DNA from: an uncultured Kordia sp.
GTDB taxonomy: Bacteria > Bacteroidota > Bacteroidia > Flavobacteriales > Flavobacteriaceae
Length of the DNA: 64,000 nt
Assembly: GCA_964351775.1 (NCBI GenBank)
Contig: CAYGPQ010000005.1
Location: 3,640-67,639, forward strand
Direction: 5' to 3'
Part shown: in pieces, positions 48,312 through 57,575 of the stretch
How positions within the stretch are numbered: the first letter of the stretch is position 1
Layout of the letters: every line of letters starts with the position of its first letter
Notes under the pieces: model-generated
The model's database searches: none
Told to the model about the DNA's origin: nothing
The model's input: only the letters and a program-made list of their open reading frames with translations
Made by a program: the position numbers and the translations under genes

Positions 48312-50345
48312 ATGATTAAACAATTTCCATTCATAATAGCTCTTCTGGCTTTTGGCTTTACTCAGAGTCAAAATCAAAAAGAAATAGATTCTTTACTTAA
48401 TACTTTGACTGAAAACACAACCAATATAGATCGTGTGAATACATACATAGATATTGCGGAAGAATATAAACAAGGAGATTCTATAAATACGCTGAAATAT
48501 GCCAATAAAGCTATTGAATTAGCCAACAGTATAAACTACATTGAAGGATCGATAGATGCCTTGTATCCTATTGCTGTGATTAATGTCCGAACTGGAAATT
48601 TACAAGAGGCCAAGCACTATTTCTCGGAAATGCAAAATCGTTCTCATACTAGTAATTATTTGCAAGGAGAAGCAACTGCTTTATATGGTTTAGGTAGACT
48701 CTCTACCTATCAAGGAAAAAATGATGAAGGGCTAAAATATATTCTTCAGTCTTTAGAGATTAGGGAAAAGTTAGGCGTTAAAAGTGAAATCGCTTTGAAC
48801 CATAATATGATTGGACACATTTACATGAAGAAAAGCAATTATGACAAAGCACTAAAATACTACCTCAAATCACTCAAAATTAATGAGGAAATAGGTAATC
48901 GATTACAGGTAGGAATCGTCTACAATAATATTGGTATCATTTATAAAAATCAAGACAATATTGATAAGGCAATAGAAAACTACAATAAGTCGTTAGAAAT
49001 TTTGAAAGAATTTGGTAGAAATGATTTTGTTGCAAGTAACCTTACCAATATAGGCAACCTCTACTTAAAAAAAGGAGAACCGCAAAAAGCTTTAGAATAT
49101 CAATTAGAAGCTCTAGAACTTAAGAAAAAATTTCCAGACAAAAGAGAAATAGCATTCAGTTACGAATACATTGGACAAACTTATTTAGTACTGAAAGACT
49201 ACCCCAAAGCCCTAAACTATGCTGAGGATGCTTTAACAATTTACCAGAATTTGGATACAAACTCAGAGAAAGCTTCCGCTTTAATTCTAATAGGTGAAAT
49301 TTATAAAGAGGAAAATCAATTACTTAAAGCCAGAAAATATCTTAAAGAAGGGCTGCAACTAGCTGAACAAGAAGGACTTTTAGGATACCTTAGAGAAGGT
49401 GCTAAACAACTATCTATTGTAGAGAAAAAATTGGGTAACTATAAAAATGCATTTGAAGCCCAAAGCTTACATAAACAAATGGCTGATAGCATAAATAATA
49501 AGGAGAACATCAAGAAAATTACCCGCTTACAAACAGAATATGAATTCCAAAAAAAGAGCGATTCTTTACAAGCAGCTCAACAAAAAGAACTCTTATTGGT
49601 TAGGGAAAAAAATAAACGCAATCAATTTAGAAACATTTCTATTGGTGTTTGTTTGCTGCTATTATTAATTACGGGTATTGTAGTATATATTTCAGTAATT
49701 AAAACGAAACGCGCAAAAGAATTCGTTTCACTTCGCGAGCATATTTCACAAGATCTTCATGATGAGATTGGGTCTACATTATCCAGTATTTCATTGTATG
49801 GTACAGTAGCGAGCAAAAATATCATTGATGATCCCGAAAAAGCAAATCAACTATTATCTAGAATTAATCATAATGCAACGCAAACCATTGAATCCATTAA
49901 TGATATTGTTTGGGCAATAAAATCAGGAAATGACACCCTAAATCACTTAGTAAACAGAATGCGAAGTTTTGCTAGCGAAATGCAAGAGACTGGTGAGTGG
50001 GACATTCAAATAAATCACACACCTTCATCATCTGTTAAAGTACTGGATATGATTCAACGAAGAAATATATATTTAATTTTTAAAGAAGCTATAAATAATG
50101 CCATTAAATACTCTAAAGGAAATACCATTGCTGTTGATATTAAGAATGCACGCAAATCCATCATTATGGAAATAAAAGATAATGGTATTGGATTCGACCT
50201 AGAAAATATTGACAAAAATAAAATGCTTGGTGGAAATGGCCTTAATAACATGAAAACAAGAGCAGAAGAATTAGGAGGCATATTAGAAATAATATCAAAA
50301 CCAGACAGTAATGGAACTCTAATTAGGCTAAATTTCTCATTATAA
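48312..50345 (+). CDS. TPR-repeat sensor histidine kinase (HisKA_3)
   Basis: YNNIGIIY-type TPRs, TM segment, DLHDEIGSTLSSI. Confidence 0.92.
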   Translation: MIKQFPFIIALLAFGFTQSQNQKEIDSLLNTLTENTTNIDRVNTYIDIAEEYKQGDSINTLKYANKAIELANSINYIEGSIDALYPIAVINVRTGNLQEAKHYFSEMQNRSHTSNYLQGEATALYGLGRLSTYQGKNDEGLKYILQSLEIREKLGVKSEIALNHNMIGHIYMKKSNYDKALKYYLKSLKINEEIGNRLQVGIVYNNIGIIYKNQDNIDKAIENYNKSLEILKEFGRNDFVASNLTNIGNLYLKKGEPQKALEYQLEALELKKKFPDKREIAFSYEYIGQTYLVLKDYPKALNYAEDALTIYQNLDTNSEKASALILIGEIYKEENQLLKARKYLKEGLQLAEQEGLLGYLREGAKQLSIVEKKLGNYKNAFEAQSLHKQMADSINNKENIKKITRLQTEYEFQKKSDSLQAAQQKELLLVREKNKRNQFRNISIGVCLLLLLITGIVVYISVIKTKRAKEFVSLREHISQDLHDEIGSTLSSISLYGTVASKNIIDDPEKANQLLSRINHNATQTIESINDIVWAIKSGNDTLNHLVNRMRSFASEMQETGEWDIQINHTPSSSVKVLDMIQRRNIYLIFKEAINNAIKYSKGNTIAVDIKNARKSIIMEIKDNGIGFDLENIDKNKMLGGNGLNNMKTRAEELGGILEIISKPDSNGTLIRLNFSL

Positions 50346-50357
50346 AATACACCTATA

Positions 50358-50373
50358 TCATTGATAATAATGA
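50358..50373. promoter_or_regulatory. Palindromic operator TCATTG-ATAA-TAATGA
   Basis: Followed by TTGC and a TAATTTTG -7 element before the response regulator. Confidence 0.65.
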
Positions 50374-50407
50374 TACTATTGCATAACATATTTATTAATT
50401 TTGTTTT

Positions 50408-51046
50408 ATGATTAAAGTTGCCGTGTATGATGATAATGATTCCAGGAGAGAAGGCTTAAAACTTCTTTTAGACGCCATGCAAGATATGCTTTGCATAGGC
50501 TCTTATGTAGACTGTAGTGAGGTTTTAGAGAATACAGAAAAACATACACCTGACGTCATCCTTATGGATATAAATATGCCTAAAGTTGATGGCATTGAAG
50601 GTGTTAAATTAGTTAAAGCGCATTTCCCCGAAATTAAGATTATCATGCAAACGATTTATGAAGATGAAGGCAAAATTCTTGCCGCCATTTCTGCTGGAGC
50701 TGATGGTTATATTTTAAAGCAAAAATCACCTATAAAACTCATTGACGGTATCCATGAAGTTCTAAATGGTGGCGCACCAATTACATCAACCATTGCAGGG
50801 AAAATTCTTAAGCTCTTTAATGGACAAACTGTATTCCCGACAATTGATAAAAAAATTAAACTTACAAAACGAGAACAAGAAATTTTACAGCTTCTGGTTG
50901 AAGGCTATAGCTATAAAATGATTGCAGAAAAATGCTTTGTCTCATATGCAACAGTTAATACGCATGTTTCTCATATCTACAAAAAACTTCAAGTAAAAAC
51001 TGTGGCCTCGGCAGTAGCTAAGGCACTTAGAGAAGGCTTGGTCTAG
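50408..51046 (+). CDS. NarL/LuxR family response regulator (close paralog of 47652..48287)
   Basis: Same receiver and HTH motifs. Confidence 0.95.
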   Translation: MIKVAVYDDNDSRREGLKLLLDAMQDMLCIGSYVDCSEVLENTEKHTPDVILMDINMPKVDGIEGVKLVKAHFPEIKIIMQTIYEDEGKILAAISAGADGYILKQKSPIKLIDGIHEVLNGGAPITSTIAGKILKLFNGQTVFPTIDKKIKLTKREQEILQLLVEGYSYKMIAEKCFVSYATVNTHVSHIYKKLQVKTVASAVAKALREGLV

Positions 51047-51115
51047 CTGTTAACACATTTTCAATATTATCTACTCAATACATCTAATTAGAATTTTAGT
51101 CATACCTGCTTTAAA

Positions 51116-51131
51116 TCATTAGTATCAATGA
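51116..51131. promoter_or_regulatory. Palindromic operator TCATTA-GTAT-CAATGA
   Basis: Upstream of the rightward gene block; TTGC at the same offset as in the 50358 copy. Confidence 0.65.
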
Positions 51132-51222
51132 TAGTATTGCCCTTGGAATTGCTATAAGTTAGCTTTTAATAAATAGAATCAACATAATCGATTTTATTAC
51201 AACAAAACTAACACATTAATTC

Positions 51223-51483
51223 ATGACACTTTTCTCAAAACTTTTTGGTAAAAATCAACCTAAAATAGAAAAACCAGATACGGTTTGCCCTAATTGTTGG
51301 GGACACCAAAAATATGATAACATCATAAGAGAAAAATTAAAAGATGCTCAAATTGATGTCAATAACAAGAACGCAAAATACGCTTTCATTCAAGATTTTG
51401 TGGTTACAAACCTTAAAGGCATAACACTAAAAAACAGTGTTCATGGTCAAGAATGTCCAACCTGCAAACTATTCATAAAATAA
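51223..51483 (+). CDS. Small protein with two CxxC motifs
   Basis: CPNCWGHQ...CPTC. Confidence 0.75.
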   Translation: MTLFSKLFGKNQPKIEKPDTVCPNCWGHQKYDNIIREKLKDAQIDVNNKNAKYAFIQDFVVTNLKGITLKNSVHGQECPTCKLFIK

Positions 51484-51547
51484 TACCTCAAGCCTCATTT
51501 TAAGTTGTTTAAAACCTAGAATAATAAACATCAAAGCAATCAAAACT

Positions 51548-54500
51548 ATGAAAGCAATACAAACAAAATCTTATTTAACCATATTAATTGTCTTATTCTC
51601 AATAACAGCCTATGGTCAGGATATCGAAAAATCCGTTTTGGTTACTGCAAACATTGGAAATACTGAGAATTCAATAGTACCAGAGTTAATTACAGCATCA
51701 AAACAACTAAACGACCCTACACTTATAATTTTAGGGAATTTCGTCTCAAAAGATGGTTTTCATTCTAAAAATGAAGCAAAAGTATTAAATGACTTAAATC
51801 TGTTAAAAGAATTTAATGGCAAGGTCATCATACTTCCTGGTCATAATGAATGGGCTCACAATGGGTATAAAAGCGTGAAAGATTTAGAAAAATTTATACA
51901 GAAAAATAGCGATGCGAAATTTTATCCAGATGAAGGATGTCCCATTAAGAAAAAAGATATTACGGACAACTTGGTTATGGTATCTATCGATTCACAATGG
52001 TTTTTAGAAGACTGGAATGACCACACCTACATTAATGAAGACTGTGCCATAAAAAACAGAACTCAATTTTTCTTAGAGTTTGAAAGTATTTTAAAAAAAT
52101 CTCAAGGGAAAACAATAATGGTTGCCATGCATCATCCTATTTTTTCTAATACAAAAGAAGGGTTATTAAAAAGAGTTGGAGGGTTTTCAAAAGGTGACTT
52201 TCAACACAAACAATATCAGAAATTACGCAACAGAATAATTACACTTTCGAGACAAGCAGAGAACATCTTTTTTATCTCTGGACATGACAAAAATCTACAA
52301 TATATCAACAACTATCAAATACCTCAAATCATAAGTGGTTCACAGGGAAAAACAAAAAAAGCCAAAGCAATAAATAATGATGATTTTGCTTCTGATGCGC
52401 AAGGCTATGCTAAACTAGATATTTACGACAACGGAGAGGTTATGGTAAATTTTATAGAAAATGAGGCTACATCATTTTCAAAAGAACTTTTCAAAAAGAA
52501 TGAAAAGAATACCAGCTTCAATATAAAACCTAAAAGCAGTTATTCTGATTATACAGAATCATCAATCTACAGTCCTGATGAGACCAAAAAAAGCAAAGTT
52601 TATCGTGGACTTTGGGGAGATCATTATAGAGAATTTTACAGCAAGCCTATAACTGCTAAAGTTGCCTTTATTGATACACTAAACGGAGGGTTAACACCTA
52701 TTAGAAGAGGTGGAGGTCATCAATCTAAATCATTACGATTAGAAGATAGTTCTGGTAAAGAGTATGTTATGCGAGCCCTGAGAAAGAGTGCAATCAAGTT
52801 TTTACAGTCTACCGCATTTCAAGACACATACGTAGAGGAAGATCTTGAAGATAGTTTTATTGAAAGCTTTGTTTTAGATTTTTATACTACGGCACATCCT
52901 TATACACCAACAACAATAGGTGAATTGTCAGACGCAGTAGAGGTATTCCATACAAATCCAAATCTTTATTATATACCTAAACAAGATGCATTGGGAGAAT
53001 ATAACGATGAGTACGGAGACGAACTTTATATTATTGAAGAGCGCGTTGAATCTGGTCACAATGACCTTGAGAGCTTCGGAATGCCTGATGATATTATAAG
53101 CACAAATGATGTTCTTAAAGAAGTGCACAAAACTGGAAAATCTCAAGTAGACGAACCATCTTACATCAGAGCAAGATTGTTTGATATGCTTATTGGCGAT
53201 TGGGACAGGCATGAAGATCAATGGAGATGGGCATTATTTAAGCAATCAGATGGAACACAAATTTACAAACCCATCCCAAGGGACAGGGATCAGGCCTTTT
53301 CAATCTTTGACGGAACTATTCTCGGTTTTTTGCGCTGCGCAGTACCTAATCTCAGAATGATGCAATCTTTTGATGAAGAGTTACCAAGCCCTAAATGGTT
53401 CAGTTTCGAGCCGTATCCATTAGATATGACCTTTATAAATCATTCCAATTGGAGCGATTGGGAAAATCAGGTAAAACAGATTCAAGAAGGATTAACCGAT
53501 GACGTCATAGAACGTGCATTTGAAAATGTGCCATCCGAAGTTAAAGGACAAACGATTGAAGATATAAAGACGAAACTAAAAGGCAGAAGATCAAATCTTA
53601 AATCTATTGCCAGAGATTATTACGATTACTTAAATAAGCATGAGGTGATCACAGGTACCCAGAAAGATGACATTTTTACGATAACCAGATTGCCCGACGG
53701 CAAAACAACTATTAAAATTCAGCGAAAGGATATTGGCGTTTTTGAAAGAACCTTCAACAAAGAAGAAACTAAAGAAATTTGGATTTATGGATTGGATGGT
53801 AAGGACACCTTTAACGTTATAGGAGATGGCAATAATAATATAAAATTGCGAGTGCTTGGTGGTAAAAAGAATGACACTTACAATTTTGAAAACACAAAGG
53901 CTGTAAAATTATATGACTACAAAGGAAAGGATAACACCATTACAAATAACAAATCCAAAAAATGGCTCGTTGACGACTATCAAATAAATAACTATGATTA
54001 TAAGAAGAGAAAATATAGTTTAAACCAACTATTACCTAACTTAGGATTTAATCCAGATGATGGTGTTCAAATAGGTTTAGTAGACGTCATAACAACCTAT
54101 GGTATTCAAAGAAACCCTTTCACAACAAAACACACTATAGGAGCCTCGTATTACACAGGTAATTCAGGTTATAATTTATTTTATAAGGGTGAATTTTCTA
54201 ACATTTTCCATAATTGGAATTTTGGTATTGAAGGCAAATATACAAGTCCAAATTTTGCACAGAACTTCTTTGGAATTGGCAATGAAACTGAATACGATAA
54301 AGACGTTGTAGATCTCGATTTTAATAGAGTTAGTATCAGAGAATGGTCTGCGGCAATTTCATTGATTTGGCGAGGGTTAAATGGAGGTTCATTTTATATT
54401 AAACCATACATTGAATCTTTCGATGTAGAAAATAAAAGCGATCGATTTATTTCTAACCTTCCATCTAATACATCCTTTTTTCAAAGACAAAATTATTTAG

Positions 54501-55063
54501 GAACTGAGGTTAATTATAGTTATTCCAACAAAGATAATGCTGCTTTTCCAACCTTAGGGTTTGAAACTAATATTACAGCTGGGTATAAAAAGAATATCGA
54601 TGAGCAAGACTTTGACAACAACTTTGCTTATCTATTCCCTAATGTTGCGATTAATCATAAATTAAATAAGAGTGGCTCTTTTGTTTTTGCCACTAGGATA
54701 GGTGCAGAATTAATCTTTGGAGATAATTTCGAGTTCTACCATGGTGCTACACTTGGAGGCATTAAAAACTTAAGAGGCTTTAGAAAAGAACGCTTTATTG
54801 GCAAATATGCATTGTATCAAAATACAGATCTTAGGTTAAAACTCGGAAAATTTAAAACCAGTTTTATTCCTCTTAATTATGGAATAACAGGAGGTTTTGA
54901 CTACGGAAGGGTTTGGGTAGAAAACGACACTTCAGATAAATGGCATCCAAGTGTCGGTGGAAATTTCTGGATTACTGGTCTAGATTCTTTCTCAACAAGT
55001 TTAGGATATTTTGCAAGCTCAGATGGTGGGTTGATAACATTCTCATTTGGCTTTCAATTTTAA
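51548..55063 (+). CDS. Metallophosphoesterase-like / kinase-like / Omp85-type beta-barrel multidomain protein
   Basis: Signal peptide; MHHP and SGHD; DMLIGDWDRHEDQW; LRGFRKERF and C-terminal FGFQF. Confidence 0.85.
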   Translation: MKAIQTKSYLTILIVLFSITAYGQDIEKSVLVTANIGNTENSIVPELITASKQLNDPTLIILGNFVSKDGFHSKNEAKVLNDLNLLKEFNGKVIILPGHNEWAHNGYKSVKDLEKFIQKNSDAKFYPDEGCPIKKKDITDNLVMVSIDSQWFLEDWNDHTYINEDCAIKNRTQFFLEFESILKKSQGKTIMVAMHHPIFSNTKEGLLKRVGGFSKGDFQHKQYQKLRNRIITLSRQAENIFFISGHDKNLQYINNYQIPQIISGSQGKTKKAKAINNDDFASDAQGYAKLDIYDNGEVMVNFIENEATSFSKELFKKNEKNTSFNIKPKSSYSDYTESSIYSPDETKKSKVYRGLWGDHYREFYSKPITAKVAFIDTLNGGLTPIRRGGGHQSKSLRLEDSSGKEYVMRALRKSAIKFLQSTAFQDTYVEEDLEDSFIESFVLDFYTTAHPYTPTTIGELSDAVEVFHTNPNLYYIPKQDALGEYNDEYGDELYIIEERVESGHNDLESFGMPDDIISTNDVLKEVHKTGKSQVDEPSYIRARLFDMLIGDWDRHEDQWRWALFKQSDGTQIYKPIPRDRDQAFSIFDGTILGFLRCAVPNLRMMQSFDEELPSPKWFSFEPYPLDMTFINHSNWSDWENQVKQIQEGLTDDVIERAFENVPSEVKGQTIEDIKTKLKGRRSNLKSIARDYYDYLNKHEVITGTQKDDIFTITRLPDGKTTIKIQRKDIGVFERTFNKEETKEIWIYGLDGKDTFNVIGDGNNNIKLRVLGGKKNDTYNFENTKAVKLYDYKGKDNTITNNKSKKWLVDDYQINNYDYKKRKYSLNQLLPNLGFNPDDGVQIGLVDVITTYGIQRNPFTTKHTIGASYYTGNSGYNLFYKGEFSNIFHNWNFGIEGKYTSPNFAQNFFGIGNETEYDKDVVDLDFNRVSIREWSAAISLIWRGLNGGSFYIKPYIESFDVENKSDRFISNLPSNTSFFQRQNYLGTEVNYSYSNKDNAAFPTLGFETNITAGYKKNIDEQDFDNNFAYLFPNVAINHKLNKSGSFVFATRIGAELIFGDNFEFYHGATLGGIKNLRGFRKERFIGKYALYQNTDLRLKLGKFKTSFIPLNYGITGGFDYGRVWVENDTSDKWHPSVGGNFWITGLDSFSTSLGYFASSDGGLITFSFGFQF

Positions 55064-55083
55064 TTAATATTTCAAGATTATTT

Positions 55084-56697
55084 ATGAATCAACTGGTAAG
55101 TATTGCAACATTAAGTGATTTAAAAAACAAAGAGCCACAACATGCGCTAGTAAGCGGTCTCGATTTAGTTATTGTAAAATTTGATAACGAAATCTCAGTA
55201 CTGTATGGAAGATGCCTGCATCGTGGCGCATTAATGGCCGATGGCCATATAGAAGGAAACAACTTAATCTGTGGTGTACACGGTTGGGATTATAGAGTAG
55301 ATACAGGAGTCTCTGAATATAATAATGCCGAAGCATTGCATAAGTTCGCCACTCAAATTAAAAATGGCGAATTATTTGTAGACAAAGTGGAAATTGACCA
55401 GTATCTAAAAAAACATCCGCAACCATTCAACAGAAAAGATTATTTAGGTGCTTATGCAGATACACATCCAGAAGAAACAGAGCCTTACACAAACTATATT
55501 AAAGAATTAGCTCAAAACGGGTTAAAAAACCTTGGACATCACGGGTTTTCTGCTTCCATGGGAGTAGATAGAAATACACTGCCTAAATGGAATGACATTC
55601 AGTTTTTACCGGCGCAATTAGCTTCTCGTCCTTTGTTAGATGAGGAAGATGTGAAAACCAAAGTTGTTATTGGTCCAAATGCCAAAAAGCCACTCGAATT
55701 AGATATTCCACTTTTTGTAAGTGATATGAGCTTTGGAGCATTATCACGAGAGGCAAAAATTGCATTATCCAAAGGTGCTGAAATGGCAGGTACAGGAATA
55801 TGCTCTGGTGAAGGAGGCATGCTCCCCGAAGAACAAGCCAATAATTCAAAATATTTTTACGAATTGGCTTCCGCACAATTCGGGTTTTCTTGGGATAAAC
55901 TAGACCATGTTCAAGCTTTCCATTTTAAAGGAGGTCAAGGTGCCAAAACGGGTACTGGAGGGCATCTACCTGGTAATAAGGTTAGCAAAGAAATCGCAGC
56001 AGTTAGAGGCTTGAATGAAGGTGAAACAGCAATTTCACCGGCTACATTTCCAGATTTTCATGGTGTCAATGATTTTAAAGAATTTGCTGCTAAAGTAAGA
56101 GAACATACAGAAGGCATCCCAATTGGTTTTAAAATAGCAGCAAGCCACATCGAAAAAGATATTCAATTTGCTTTAGATGTTGGTGTGGATTACATTATTC
56201 TAGATGGTCGAGGTGGTGGAACAGGTTCTGCACCAACTATCCTTAGAGACAACATTAACGTTCCAACCATTCCTGCCCTTGCAAGAGCCAGAGCATATTT
56301 AGATAAAGTAGGTGCAAATGATATTACCTTGGTTATTACAGGAGGATTGCGCATCGCTGAAGATTTTGCAAAAGCCATGATGCTTGGTGCAGATGCCATT
56401 GCAGTTTCCAATTCAGCATTACAGGCTATTGGTTGTTTAGGGATGCGTGCTTGTGGAAGTAATAATTGCCCTGTAGGAATTGCTACGCAAAAAGAATCAT
56501 TGCGCAGTCGTATCATTATTAACGAATCTGCTAAACAATTACATAACTATTTTGATGCAACAAATAGCTTAATTAAAGTAGTGGCTAGAGCCTGTGGTTA
56601 TGATGATATTTCAAAATTCAAAAAAGAAGACCTATCAACTTTTAACAGAGATATGCATCACCTAACAGGTATTGCTTATGCTGGACTAAACCTATAA
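55084..56697 (+). CDS. Rieske domain fused to an FMN-binding glutamate-synthase-like domain
   Basis: CLHRG...CGVHGW; MSFGALS, SGEGG, GQGAKTGTGGHLP, CLGMRACGSNNCPVGIATQ; start moved to ATG 55084. Confidence 0.9.
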   Translation: MNQLVSIATLSDLKNKEPQHALVSGLDLVIVKFDNEISVLYGRCLHRGALMADGHIEGNNLICGVHGWDYRVDTGVSEYNNAEALHKFATQIKNGELFVDKVEIDQYLKKHPQPFNRKDYLGAYADTHPEETEPYTNYIKELAQNGLKNLGHHGFSASMGVDRNTLPKWNDIQFLPAQLASRPLLDEEDVKTKVVIGPNAKKPLELDIPLFVSDMSFGALSREAKIALSKGAEMAGTGICSGEGGMLPEEQANNSKYFYELASAQFGFSWDKLDHVQAFHFKGGQGAKTGTGGHLPGNKVSKEIAAVRGLNEGETAISPATFPDFHGVNDFKEFAAKVREHTEGIPIGFKIAASHIEKDIQFALDVGVDYIILDGRGGGTGSAPTILRDNINVPTIPALARARAYLDKVGANDITLVITGGLRIAEDFAKAMMLGADAIAVSNSALQAIGCLGMRACGSNNCPVGIATQKESLRSRIIINESAKQLHNYFDATNSLIKVVARACGYDDISKFKKEDLSTFNRDMHHLTGIAYAGLNL

Positions 56698-56708
56698 AAT
56701 TAATACTC

Positions 56709-57566
56709 ATGGAAATTACATTAGAATTCTGGTACTTATTACCTATCTCAATAGCCATAGCAACCATAGCTATGTCCTCAGGAATTGGTGGTGCTGTATT
56801 TTTTTCACCACTGTTTATGATTGGTTTAGGGCTAGAACCCAAAATAGCTATTGGAGCTGCACTTGCAACCGAATTATTTGGTTTTGGGTCTGGACTTCAA
56901 GCCTATATTAAGGCCAAACTAATTGATTACAAGCTAGGGCTAAATCTACTCATGATATCTGTGCCATTTGCTATTATAGGAACACTTTATGGTGACTTGG
57001 TACCACCTATAATTCTCAAAGCTATTTTCGGAATCGGTATCATTTTTATTGGGTATCAACTTTATGTGTCATGGAGAGAAGAAGAAAAAGAAAAACTTGA
57101 AGCAGCTCATAAAAAAGAATTTGAAAACAATTACGAAAGCTCATTAACTGATTCTGATGGAAATGTGTACAATTATACAGTTTGCAACAAGAATATGGGA
57201 CGCATGTTTGCTGCTATTGGAGGAGCTTTTCTAGGCATGATTTCAGTAGGACTTGCTGAACTTCAAGAATACCATTTAGTTGCCAAATGCAAAGTTCCAG
57301 CTAGAGTAGCTATAGCGACATCAATATTTGTCGTTGTTATTACAGTTTTAGTGGCCTCTGTTGGGCATTTCTATGAATTCGTTAACGAAGGTGGTGAGGT
57401 GATGAATCAAGTTCTCAACCTTATTGTATTTACGATTCCTGGAGTTGTTATTGGTGGCCAGTTAGGTCCAAAACTACAAAAAGTCATTCCTGCAGATAAA
57501 ATGAAAGTTGGAGTTTCCTTCCTTTTCATTCTTGTTGGAGCATTTATGTTATACACCTTGATTTAA
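56709..57566 (+). CDS. TauE/SafE (TSUP) family transporter
   Basis: SGIGGAVFFSP, AIATS; multiple TM segments. Confidence 0.88.
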   Translation: MEITLEFWYLLPISIAIATIAMSSGIGGAVFFSPLFMIGLGLEPKIAIGAALATELFGFGSGLQAYIKAKLIDYKLGLNLLMISVPFAIIGTLYGDLVPPIILKAIFGIGIIFIGYQLYVSWREEEKEKLEAAHKKEFENNYESSLTDSDGNVYNYTVCNKNMGRMFAAIGGAFLGMISVGLAELQEYHLVAKCKVPARVAIATSIFVVVITVLVASVGHFYEFVNEGGEVMNQVLNLIVFTIPGVVIGGQLGPKLQKVIPADKMKVGVSFLFILVGAFMLYTLI

Positions 57567-57575
57567 TTATTCAGT

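Noticed and set aside
54940-55083. 48-residue N-terminal extension of the Rieske-FMN protein
   Set aside because: Overlaps the barrel gene's 3' end; the Rieske domain begins at ATG 55084
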